In this document: positions 29,417 to 37,553 of the stretch, one piece after another
How the letters are laid out: every line of letters starts with the position of its first letter
Position numbering within the stretch: the first letter of the stretch is position 1
Source of the DNA: an uncultured Rhodospirillaceae bacterium
GTDB lineage: Bacteria > Pseudomonadota > Alphaproteobacteria > Rhodospirillales > Defluviicoccaceae
NCBI GenBank assembly: GCA_964619055.1
Contig: CAZUDB010000002.1
Span: 29,723-93,722, forward strand
Length of the DNA: 64,000 nt
Reading direction: 5' to 3'
Translations under genes and position numbers: made by a program
Notes under the pieces: model-generated
What the model was told of the DNA's origin: nothing
Databases searched by the model: none
Seen by the model: only the letters and a program-made list of their open reading frames with translations

Positions 29417-31270
29417 ATGATGGATCGCAAGGTCCTTTTGGGTTCGGTCTGTGCCGCCGCTGTGGTAGTGGCAATGGGGTCGAACACGCCCAGCGCTGTT
29501 GCGCAAGAGCAGATCTTTGGCGGTGGCGCCTCATTGCCGTCCGTCGTGGTCCGCAAGCTCATGAATTGCTTCGCCATTCCCATTGAAAATACCAGCGGCA
29601 CACCCAGTTTCAACGATCCGTTCTGCTCCATCCCGCGGGGTGCGAACGCGTACGTGAGTTACGCGACGGTGGGCAGCAGCCGTGGCCGTGAAGGCTTCGT
29701 TGCTGAAGATTCCCGCGCCCTGGCCCGCAGCCAGCGTCCGAGCACGGGGGTCGTCATTCCGTACTCCAGCACGGCGGGTTCCGACTACGGCACGGACATT
29801 CCGTCGCCTCCGGGCTTCGTGGATGGTGACAACACGCTGCCCAACGGTGTTCTGGTGTTCGACGACAACCGCAACACCTTCAGCCCGGACAGCAACTTCG
29901 ACGACCCGGTCACGGGCCCTCAGCAAACCGGCCTTGCCGGCCTTGGCTTTGACCCTGCGCCTGGCCCGAACCCGGTCGGCTTCTGGCGTCTTCATTACAC
30001 CACCTCCGAAGAGCCCATCTTCCAAAGCACGGCCCAAGGCGGCAGCGGCGTCTTCCGCCAAACCTACGATTGCTACGAAGGCGATGCGAGCAACAACCCC
30101 AACGGTCGTTGCAATCGCAACAAGGAAGCGACCAACGGCAAGCCGTTGCAGATCCCGTTGCTGGCTGTTGGCGTGACGATCGCCTACAACGTGCCCGAGT
30201 TCTGTGATCAGCCGGCCGATGTGGACCCCAACTGCACCAGCCGTTCTCCGTTGCCGCGTCCGCCGTTCCCGGTGAAGGACCCCACACAGCCGGTTCCGAC
30301 TCCCAGCGGCCAAAACCGCCTCGTCATCTCCGAAGGTGCGGCGTGCGGTCTGTTCACCGGCAAAATCGACAGCTGGTCTCACCGCTCGATCTCACAGTAC
30401 TTCAACAACCCGCGTCTGCCGGATGAGGCCGTGACTGGCGTCATTGTCCGTGCAGATGGTAGTGGTACGCAGTTCCTGTTCTCGTCCTGGCTGGATGCGG
30501 TCTGCGACGGTATCGGCAACGTCAAGTTCAACGGTGGTGCCAACGCGTCACCGAATTACGACCAGGACGTGGGTATCTACGAAGTGCCCGGTAACGAGGG
30601 TGTCGCCAACATCGTAGCCGCTAATGACTGGTCGGTTGGCTTCATGACGCCGGGCCTGACCGACCTCTCATCGGACGAGATTGACAGTGCCGGATTCACG
30701 GCGACCGAAATCGGAACGACGGGCAACACGCTGACCGACGCGGGCGGAGTGAAGGACACGCCGGTCTCGGCTCGCATCATCAACCGTGCCGGTAAGGCCC
30801 AACTTCCGACATCTGAGAACGTCCGCGAAACCATCTCAGTCAATTCGGAGCCCCCGCGCTGCAACACGAACGCTGGCGGAAACGTCGTCGCCGGTGAGCC
30901 GTGCTTGGAGCCGGAGAATTGGGGCTTGGCGTTCGATGTGGTCGATCCGGTCGGTCGGGACACGTTCTACCCGATCGTCGGCTTCAACTGGCTGAACCTC
31001 TATGAATGCTATCAGCGTCGTCCCGTGGCGCAGATCATTCAGGAGTTCCTGACGTTCTACTACCGCCAAAACAGGTTCCAAATCACTCGGATCCTGGAAA
31101 ACAACGGCTTTGCCAACCTGCCCGCCGACTGGCAGAGCGCCGTTGAAACCATCATCGTTGCCGGCAACACCCGGCCTTCCGGTGTTGCGGCCTTCGGTAA
31201 CGTGAACGCCGATTGCCTTGGCTTGGCCGGTGCTGGCCGCGGCTGGCAGCCCGGTTTCCCGCCGACCTGA
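29417..31270 (+). CDS. Large secreted PstS-family (phosphate-binding, PBP type 2) protein with long insertions
   Basis: ORF 29339..31270 with start at ATGATG 29417 after a GGGAGA SD. Signal peptide MMDRKVLLGSVCAAAVVVAMGSNTPSAVAQ. PstS-like motifs are GGGASLPSVV, VGSSRGREGF and VRADGSGTQFLFSSWL. It is 617 aa, against about 320-370 aa for ordinary PstS. Confidence 0.65.
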   Translation: MMDRKVLLGSVCAAAVVVAMGSNTPSAVAQEQIFGGGASLPSVVVRKLMNCFAIPIENTSGTPSFNDPFCSIPRGANAYVSYATVGSSRGREGFVAEDSRALARSQRPSTGVVIPYSSTAGSDYGTDIPSPPGFVDGDNTLPNGVLVFDDNRNTFSPDSNFDDPVTGPQQTGLAGLGFDPAPGPNPVGFWRLHYTTSEEPIFQSTAQGGSGVFRQTYDCYEGDASNNPNGRCNRNKEATNGKPLQIPLLAVGVTIAYNVPEFCDQPADVDPNCTSRSPLPRPPFPVKDPTQPVPTPSGQNRLVISEGAACGLFTGKIDSWSHRSISQYFNNPRLPDEAVTGVIVRADGSGTQFLFSSWLDAVCDGIGNVKFNGGANASPNYDQDVGIYEVPGNEGVANIVAANDWSVGFMTPGLTDLSSDEIDSAGFTATEIGTTGNTLTDAGGVKDTPVSARIINRAGKAQLPTSENVRETISVNSEPPRCNTNAGGNVVAGEPCLEPENWGLAFDVVDPVGRDTFYPIVGFNWLNLYECYQRRPVAQIIQEFLTFYYRQNRFQITRILENNGFANLPADWQSAVETIIVAGNTRPSGVAAFGNVNADCLGLAGAGRGWQPGFPPT

Positions 31271-31292
31271 TCACGCGTCACGTCCGGAAGAG

Positions 31293-31316
31293 CCAATGGG
31301 CATCCGTGCCCATTGG
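31293..31316 (+). other. Perfect 10-bp stem hairpin immediately after the PstS-like stop
   Basis: CCAATGGGCA-tccg-TGCCCATTGG. Confidence 0.6.
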
Positions 31317-31337
31317 CCCTCCGGCTTAGTGTGTTAC

Positions 31338-31384
31338 GAACCCCGGACTCCCGCCGCAACGCGGGGTCCGGGGTTTGCTTTTGT
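31338..31384 (+). terminator. Rho-independent terminator candidate
   Basis: The stem GAACCCCGGAC...GTCCGGGGTT is followed by TGCTTTTGT. Confidence 0.55.
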
Positions 31385-31580
31385 CACCCGAGAGCGTGCT
31401 GTTTGCTCCATTTCCGTGCTCCGGCAAAGCGAGTGTACAGCGGTCTCGATTCCGTCCGCTCATGAACGGGGCTTCGATTTCCAAGTCGCGATACAAAAGC
31501 CTTGACTTGCCGCTTCAACGCTCAGAGTGACGACGAACATAGCGCTCCGAAGACCAGGACTTGGGAGACCGGCAAACAGC

Positions 31581-32618
31581 ATGCATATCGCGATCTTTGC
31601 CCTTGCCATCGGTGCTGTTATCTCAGCACCGACGCCAGCGATGGCAACCCTCGAAAACCACGGCCCTTGGCCGTCAGCCGTGGCCGCACCCCCCGCCCAG
31701 GAACCGGTCGAAAGCGTGGTGCGGATTGCCAGTACCAGCCCCTTCACCCTCCGCGACGCCGGTAGCGACGCGCCATCCGAGCAGGCCGTGGGCTATTACG
31801 TCGCACCGCGCCATTCGGCAGCCGCCAAACCTACCCCCGGCGTGGTTCTGCTCCACGGTGCCGGCGGCGTCATCGGCGCCCGTGAACTCACCTACGCCCG
31901 ACAGTTTGCCCGCCAAGGGGTGGCGGCTCTCGTCATCGACGCTTTCGCTTCCCGCCGTGACCGGGCGCATTCGTTTGCCGATCGCCTCATCCACATCACC
32001 GAAACCATGGTCCTGTCAGATGCATTCGCAGGCCTTGATTGGCTTGCAGGGCAACCCGCCGTGGATGCGACCAAGGTGGCGCTCATAGGCTTTTCCTATG
32101 GTGGCATGGCCAGCGTGTTCGCGGCCTATCGCCAGGTAACCGACCGACTGTCGCGCCAGGGGCGCCAGTTTGCAGCGCACGTCGCCTTCTACGCGCCCTG
32201 CATCGTGCGGTTCGAAGATCCGGTTACGACGGGCGCTCCTGTCTTGATGTTGTGGGGCGGGCAGGACGAGATTGTTGATGCCGAACGCTGCCAGTTCATT
32301 GCCGCTGACCTGCGCCGTGGCGGCAGCCAGGTCGAGGTGGTGATCTATCCCGATGCCATGCACCAATGGGATGGACGGTCAAACCGGCCATGGCGAACGC
32401 CGCGTGGATTGGCCGAGTGCTCGTTTTCCGTCGGCCGAGACGGCTCCGTGAGTGATAACCGGACGTTTTTGCCGATGCGTGGTCCGACAACCCGCAAACT
32501 TATTCTGGCCGCCTGCGCCGATAGCCGCGGCTATCTAATCGGCCGTGACGACGATGTTCGACAGCAGTCCAACGCGGCTGTCGCCAGTTTCCTCAATCCG
32601 ATCCTGTTTCCCGAATGA
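31581..32618 (+). CDS. Dienelactone hydrolase-family alpha/beta hydrolase, secreted
   Basis: ORF 31527..32618 with start at MHIAIFALAIGAVISAPTPAMA (signal peptide). It has VVLLHGAGGV, the nucleophile elbow GFSYGG and a late WGGQDEIV...H region. Confidence 0.65.
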   Translation: MHIAIFALAIGAVISAPTPAMATLENHGPWPSAVAAPPAQEPVESVVRIASTSPFTLRDAGSDAPSEQAVGYYVAPRHSAAAKPTPGVVLLHGAGGVIGARELTYARQFARQGVAALVIDAFASRRDRAHSFADRLIHITETMVLSDAFAGLDWLAGQPAVDATKVALIGFSYGGMASVFAAYRQVTDRLSRQGRQFAAHVAFYAPCIVRFEDPVTTGAPVLMLWGGQDEIVDAERCQFIAADLRRGGSQVEVVIYPDAMHQWDGRSNRPWRTPRGLAECSFSVGRDGSVSDNRTFLPMRGPTTRKLILAACADSRGYLIGRDDDVRQQSNAAVASFLNPILFPE

Positions 32619-32658
32619 AGGTTTGCGCGGTCACAAGCCGATCTCTCCGGGTCGCGAG

Positions 32659-33738
32659 TCAGCGTACCGACACAGAGGCGCGTGGCATTAAAACGGTATA
32701 GTCAAAGTCCAGAACGACACTTGGATCGTAATTGCCGTCAGCATCCTTATAAGGAAAGCCCTTGCAGTTCCGGTTTTTAACTGCGACCGTTCGCAGCCGC
32801 AGAGCACCAAAATCTGCGTAGCCCGGTACCTCCATCTTATTTAGCACCTCGGACCAAGCGTAGATCGTGTCGCCGGCGAACGTCGGTGCCGTGTGGCGTC
32901 CCCCATTGATGGCGGCAACCCGAATTCCGTTGGCGAGCCCATTGAAGGTCAGAGCGCGCGCGAGACTGATGATGTGGCCACCATAGATCAGGCGTTTGCC
33001 GAAGCGGCTCTCCTTTTGGATAACTGCGTCGAAATGGACCCGGGCCGTGTTCTGGTAGAGCCGGGTGGCCATCTGATGCTCGGCCTCCTCAATCGTCATA
33101 CCGTCCACGTGGTCAATGCGCTCACCAACCGCATAATCATCCCATAGGTAGGGGCTGCCGGCCAAGATTGTGTCGTAGCGTTCCACATGGAGTTGGTAGG
33201 GAACGAGCAGGTCGCCAATGTCTAGCGCTTCCGCCAGTTCCGGGATGACCGGCTCCGTCGATGGCGGCCCGGCTTGACGCTTTTGGACCATGACCCATCG
33301 AGTGTATTCCAGAACCACCTGTCGATCCTGGTTCAGCCCCGTGGTACGGACGTAAACGATACCGGACTTGCCATCTTTGTTCTCGCGCAGGCCGATGACT
33401 TTTGACACGGCGCGGACGGTGTCCCCCGGGAACACCGGTTCGCCGAACCGGCCTTCCGCATAGCCGAGATTGGCTACGGCATTGAGCGAGATGTCCGGAA
33501 CCGTTTTTCCGAAAACCATGTGAAAAATCAGGATACTATCGACAGGTGCATGATCGAGGCCCAAGCTGCGGGCGAATTCCGCCGAGGAGTTGACGACGGA
33601 GCGGTTGCCGTAGAGCGCGATGTAGAGGCTGACATCGCCGTCGGTCACGGTCCGAGGCGTCGCGTGGATAATCTCCTGACCGAGAGAAAAGTCCTCGAAG
33701 AAGTTTCCCGAGCTGGTCTTGACGGTCGTTGTGTTCAT
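32659..33738 (-). CDS. mch: Mesaconyl-CoA hydratase (double hot-dog MaoC-type enoyl-CoA hydratase)
   Basis: 359 aa. The sequences GNFFEDFSLGQEIIHATPRTVTDGDVSLY, IFHMVFGKTVPDISLNAVANLGYA and YGGHIISLARAL...DTIYAWSEVL closely resemble the Chloroflexus-type Mch as I remember it. The gene is adjacent to mcl. Confidence 0.78.
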   Translation of the reverse strand: MNTTTVKTSSGNFFEDFSLGQEIIHATPRTVTDGDVSLYIALYGNRSVVNSSAEFARSLGLDHAPVDSILIFHMVFGKTVPDISLNAVANLGYAEGRFGEPVFPGDTVRAVSKVIGLRENKDGKSGIVYVRTTGLNQDRQVVLEYTRWVMVQKRQAGPPSTEPVIPELAEALDIGDLLVPYQLHVERYDTILAGSPYLWDDYAVGERIDHVDGMTIEEAEHQMATRLYQNTARVHFDAVIQKESRFGKRLIYGGHIISLARALTFNGLANGIRVAAINGGRHTAPTFAGDTIYAWSEVLNKMEVPGYADFGALRLRTVAVKNRNCKGFPYKDADGNYDPSVVLDFDYTVLMPRASVSVR

Positions 33739-33793
33739 TGGGGCTCCCTGCTCAGGCGTTTCGTGGGCTAAGGGACTTGAGTGACGTCTTGGG

Positions 33794-34843
33794 TCAATCG
33801 AGACCGTACTGGGTGGCCAGATCCGGATCCTTGCGTGCGACGAGGCGGGCCAAGTCGACGATCACCTTGGCCTGCTTCCAGGTGGCGTCATCTTGCATTT
33901 TTCCGTCGATCATCGCGACGCCCGAGCCGTCCGGCATGGCGTCAAGAATGCGCTTGGCGAAGGCGACTTCGCCCGCGTCCGGACTGAACACCCGCTTGGC
34001 GATCGCGATTTGATTGGGGGCAAGCGACCAAGCGCCGGCGCAGCCCATCAAAAACGCATTTCGGAACTGCGCTTCGCAGCCGGCTTCGTCCTTAATGTCG
34101 CCGAAGGGTCCGTAGAAGGCGCGCAATCCGCACGAGACGCAGGCGTCAACCATCCGCGCGACGGTGTAGTGCCACAGGTCCTGCTGCAGGAATGCGCGGC
34201 TGGTCTCGCCCTCGGCCGGATCCGCGAGTACGCCATAGAACGGATGGCCGCCGCCGACGCGGGTCGTCTTCATGCCACGAGAGGCCGCCAAGTCGGCTGG
34301 GCCAAGGCTCATGCCGTGCATTCGGGGACTGGAACACGCGATTTCGTCCACATTCTTCACGCCCTGGGCGGTTTCCAAGATGGCGTGGATCAGGATGGGC
34401 TTGGAGAGCCCGTGCCGCGCTTCTAGTTGGGCTAGCAACTGATCGACAAAATGGATATCCCATGGCCCCTCGACCTTTGGCACCATGACAACGTCGAGCT
34501 TGTCGCCCACGGCCTCGACGATCGCCATCATATCATCGAGGAACCACGGGCTATTGAGCGCGTTGACTCGCGTCCAAAGCGCTGTGTCACCGAAGTCGGT
34601 GACGGCGGCGACCTCGATAAATCCGGCCCTGGCGGCATCCTTCGCGTCCGCCGGGATCGCATCCTCCAGATTGCCGAGAATGACATCCACCTGAGCTGCC
34701 ATGTCCGGCACGCGTGCCCGAATTTTCTCGATATGGGGGGGGAAGAAGTGAATCATCCGCTCGGGCCGGATCCGCAGCTCGCGGAACGGAAGGGGCGCTC
34801 CTGCGGCCAGCGGCTTGTAAAACTCGCGCGGCGTCTTCAACAT
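33794..34843 (-). CDS. mcl: L-malyl-CoA/beta-methylmalyl-CoA lyase (HpcH/CitE family), Chloroflexus type
   Basis: ORF 33794..34999 was trimmed to [46 protein letters not shown] at 34843, preceded by GGAGGGG SD. This gives about 349 aa. It carries [21 protein letters not shown] and [26 protein letters not shown]. Confidence 0.82.
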   Translation of the reverse strand: MLKTPREFYKPLAAGAPLPFRELRIRPERMIHFFPPHIEKIRARVPDMAAQVDVILGNLEDAIPADAKDAARAGFIEVAAVTDFGDTALWTRVNALNSPWFLDDMMAIVEAVGDKLDVVMVPKVEGPWDIHFVDQLLAQLEARHGLSKPILIHAILETAQGVKNVDEIACSSPRMHGMSLGPADLAASRGMKTTRVGGGHPFYGVLADPAEGETSRAFLQQDLWHYTVARMVDACVSCGLRAFYGPFGDIKDEAGCEAQFRNAFLMGCAGAWSLAPNQIAIAKRVFSPDAGEVAFAKRILDAMPDGSGVAMIDGKMQDDATWKQAKVIVDLARLVARKDPDLATQYGLD

Positions 34844-35170
34844 ATTCCCCTCCATTTTTTCATTTCCTTCGCACCCGCACAAGAGGTAGCACCCCCAGGC
34901 GCGCCCGTCAAACGCCAGAAAGACCCTTGGCGGACCCGCCCGACGGATGCCAGCTCCAAACCGCTCCGGTCCGAATCGAGAAGCTGGTTGGGCCTGCACG
35001 AACGCTGCCGGGAGGTGGTGCGGTGCTGGCGAACAATGCCGAGCGCGCCGCCGTGTCCTTGAATTCTTGATGACAAGGGTGTTCCCGAATAGTCATCCTG
35101 GTTCCCTGTTTGTAAGGTGATCAGGTGCGGCGGTGTTTCGGTCAGGTGAAGGCCCGCACTCGGCGATTCA

Positions 35171-36154
35171 ATGAACGTCATTCACGAGCCTCGGTTGCAA
35201 TTTCGATCCATCTGGATCTCGGACATTCACCTCGGAACCCGAGGCTGCAATGCCGACATGCTGCTGGATTTTCTTCGGCAGACGGAATCGGATTACCTCT
35301 ACCTGGTCGGCGATATCATCGATTTCTGGCGGCTTCGCAAGACGTGGTATTGGAAACAAACTCATAATGACGTTATTCAAAAAATCCTTCGAAAAGCCCG
35401 CAAAGGAACGAGGATAATCTACATCCCCGGAAACCACGACGAGAATTTTCGGGACTTTACAAATCACAGATTCGGACGTGTTGCCGTCCTCCATGACACC
35501 TTTCATACCATGGTAGATGGTCGTAAATTTCTGGTCATGCATGGCGACCATTTCGATGGTGTCGTCAAATATGCGAAATGGCTCGCTTATCTTGGCGATA
35601 CGGCTTACGTCTGGCTGCTGAACGTGAACACATGGATGAATTATGTTCGGCGAAAGCTGGGTTTTTCATATTGGTCGTTGTCTGGGTATTTGAAGCATAA
35701 GGTCAAAAACGCGGTTGAATTCGTCAGCAACTACGAAAATGCTGTTGTTTCGGAGGCACGGCGCCGTGGCGCCGACGGCGTGATTTGCGGCCACATTCAC
35801 ACGGCCGAGATCCGCGAAATAGACGGGATTGTCTATTGCAACGACGGCGACTGGGTTGAAAGTTGCACAGCGTTGGTGGAGCATTTCGACGGACGGCTTG
35901 AGATCCTACGTTGGTCCGAAGTTTTCGACGTTCGCCAAGCTGAAGGGGCCGCTGGGTCTGAACCGGCAAAGCCTGCTGTTGCCGAGCACGGGATGGCCAG
36001 GGGCTCAGCCTCGGTCCTTGCTGTGCAGCGACTACTGTTGGCGGAAACTGAACGCGCCGGGACGGCGAGGGTTGATCAAGAATGCGGATCTGCATCGTCT
36101 CGGATGCCTGGTTTCCTCAAGTCAATGGCGTTGTTCGCACGCTCCACACGTTAA
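35171..36154 (+). CDS. plcP: LpxH-like calcineurin-type metallophosphoesterase; likely phosphate-starvation phospholipase C PlcP
   Basis: WISDIHLGTRGC, YLVGDIIDFW, IPGNHDE, MHGDHFD and CGHIHTAEI are the metallophosphoesterase motifs. The gene is immediately followed by, and overlaps, a GT4 gene. This is the plcP-agt arrangement known in Alphaproteobacteria. Confidence 0.62.
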   Translation: MNVIHEPRLQFRSIWISDIHLGTRGCNADMLLDFLRQTESDYLYLVGDIIDFWRLRKTWYWKQTHNDVIQKILRKARKGTRIIYIPGNHDENFRDFTNHRFGRVAVLHDTFHTMVDGRKFLVMHGDHFDGVVKYAKWLAYLGDTAYVWLLNVNTWMNYVRRKLGFSYWSLSGYLKHKVKNAVEFVSNYENAVVSEARRRGADGVICGHIHTAEIREIDGIVYCNDGDWVESCTALVEHFDGRLEILRWSEVFDVRQAEGAAGSEPAKPAVAEHGMARGSASVLAVQRLLLAETERAGTARVDQECGSASSRMPGFLKSMALFARSTR

Positions 36155-37098
36155 GCCAGCGGCTGGAGCAGCGTGGGTACGAGCCGCGCTTTGTGACACC
36201 GGATCGTTTTCGAAGCACGCCCTGTCCTACCTATCCCGAGATCCGTCTGGCTATGACTCGGCCCTCGGCCGTGGCCGATATGATAAATGCCATCGAGCCA
36301 AGCGCCGTTCATATCGCAACCGAGGGACCCCTTGGCTGGCTCGCGCGCCATTACTGCCTTAGGCGAGGCTATCCGTTCACCACGGCCTATCACACGCGCT
36401 TCCCCGAATACGTCAAGCCGCGTTTCGGCATTCCGCACTCTTGGAGCTATCGCGTGCTCCGCCACTTCCATGGCCAGTCAGCCGGCATCATGGTGTCGAC
36501 GCCGAGCATCGAAGCGGAGCTTCGGGCGCGCGGATTCGATACCCCAATTAGGCGCTGGACACGCGGCGTCGACCTAACGCTGTTTCGGATTCGCCACGAT
36601 GTCGACTTGCGGCTCCCGCGGCCGATTTCCTTGTTTGTCGGCCGGCTCGCGGTCGAGAAGAACGTGGAGGCCTTCCTGAAACTCCAGCTGCCGGGCAGCA
36701 AGGTCGTGATCGGAGATGGCCCAATGCGGGCCCAATTACACTCCCATTATCCAAACGCACATTTTGTTGGACCGCAGTTTGGGGAAGATTTGGCACGCTA
36801 CTATGCCGGATCGGACGTTTTGGTGTTTTCGAGTCGGACCGACACGTTCGGTCTTGTCATCCTGGAAGCGTTGGCCTCGGGCCTGCCCGTCGCCGCCTAT
36901 CCGGTGCCGGGACCGCAGGACGTTCTGGATGGTTTCGACGTCGGCGTCCTTGACAACGATCTTGGCGCCGCCGTGAAGCGGGCCCTAATGATCGATCGCC
37001 CGCGCTGCCGGGCTTGGGCTGAACGCTTTTCGTGGGATGCCAGCGCGGATCAATTCCTTAGCAATCTCGCGGTGTTTCGCCCCACGGGTCAAACCTGA
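36082..37098 (+). CDS. agt: GT4-family glycosyltransferase; likely diacylglycerol glycosyltransferase (Agt-like)
   Basis: 338 aa starting MRICIVSDAWFPQVNGVVRTL, with a C-terminal GT1-fold E-x7-E-like region (SRTDTFGLVILEALASGLPV). It overlaps the plcP-like gene by 73 nt. Confidence 0.6.
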   Translation: MRICIVSDAWFPQVNGVVRTLHTLSQRLEQRGYEPRFVTPDRFRSTPCPTYPEIRLAMTRPSAVADMINAIEPSAVHIATEGPLGWLARHYCLRRGYPFTTAYHTRFPEYVKPRFGIPHSWSYRVLRHFHGQSAGIMVSTPSIEAELRARGFDTPIRRWTRGVDLTLFRIRHDVDLRLPRPISLFVGRLAVEKNVEAFLKLQLPGSKVVIGDGPMRAQLHSHYPNAHFVGPQFGEDLARYYAGSDVLVFSSRTDTFGLVILEALASGLPVAAYPVPGPQDVLDGFDVGVLDNDLGAAVKRALMIDRPRCRAWAERFSWDASADQFLSNLAVFRPTGQT

Positions 37099-37154
37099 CG
37101 GCAACGACACTGCCGCCCGACATTGTCCGGCGAGCGGGCAGTGCTGCAATTCGG

Positions 37155-37385
37155 CTAGGTTTTGCCCAGCTCCAGTTTCCGATCCGGACCGTGATAGTCA
37201 TCAGCCCCCATGGCGAGCGCCCAGCACGCCAATCGCACAGTTCTCGGCACATCTATTTTTTGACCGTCCCGCTCACCTTTCTCGTAATACTGGACGATGC
37301 GGCGTTTTAGTCCGAGTGCCGCTGCCGCTTCTTTTTGTGATAGGTTTAGAGATTTGCGCCATCTCTTAAAGTCTGCTGGAGTCAT
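37155..37385 (-). CDS. Small XRE-family helix-turn-helix DNA-binding protein
   Basis: 76 aa. The sequence FKRWRKSLNLSQKEAAAALGLKRRIVQYYEKG is a classic HTH_XRE. Confidence 0.7.
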   Translation of the reverse strand: MTPADFKRWRKSLNLSQKEAAAALGLKRRIVQYYEKGERDGQKIDVPRTVRLACWALAMGADDYHGPDRKLELGKT

Positions 37386-37486
37386 GCTATGGTTGTGCTT
37401 GTCGTGTCGTGGAACGCTCTAAAGCCAATGACCCACTGCGAATTTTGCGCGCTTTGAGCAGCTTCAGGGCGTTGCATAAGCACCAA

Positions 37487-37553
37487 GTGCGCATTTGTCA
37501 ATTCTTAGACGCACAGTGTGCGCAACAGTTGACGGATGCGCACCATGTGCGTA
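37487..37553. promoter_or_regulatory. Cluster of GTGCGCA/TGCGCAC half-sites forming two adjacent palindromes (candidate operator)
   Basis: GTGCGCA occurs at 37487 and 37518. There is a perfect palindrome CGCACA-g-TGTGCG at 37510-37522. TGCGCAC at 37537 and GTGCGTA at 37547 form an imperfect palindrome. The cluster lies 100-170 nt upstream of the XRE gene. Confidence 0.3.

Noticed and set aside
30060-30130. NNPNGR sequence in the PstS-like protein, considered as a possible TPS-domain NPNG motif that would make it a TpsA substrate.
   Set aside because: It is a single tetrapeptide about 230 residues into the protein. No NPNL partner motif or beta-helix repeat context surrounds it, and the protein's backbone motifs are PstS-like. 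It is too weak to call a TPS domain.
34844-35170. Search for a Pho box upstream of the plcP-like gene (TAGTCAT at 35090, CTGTTTG at 35106, ATGACAA at 35070).
   Set aside because: These are only isolated 4-5/7 half-sites without 11-bp phasing. They are not better than chance by eye, so a PWM scan is needed.
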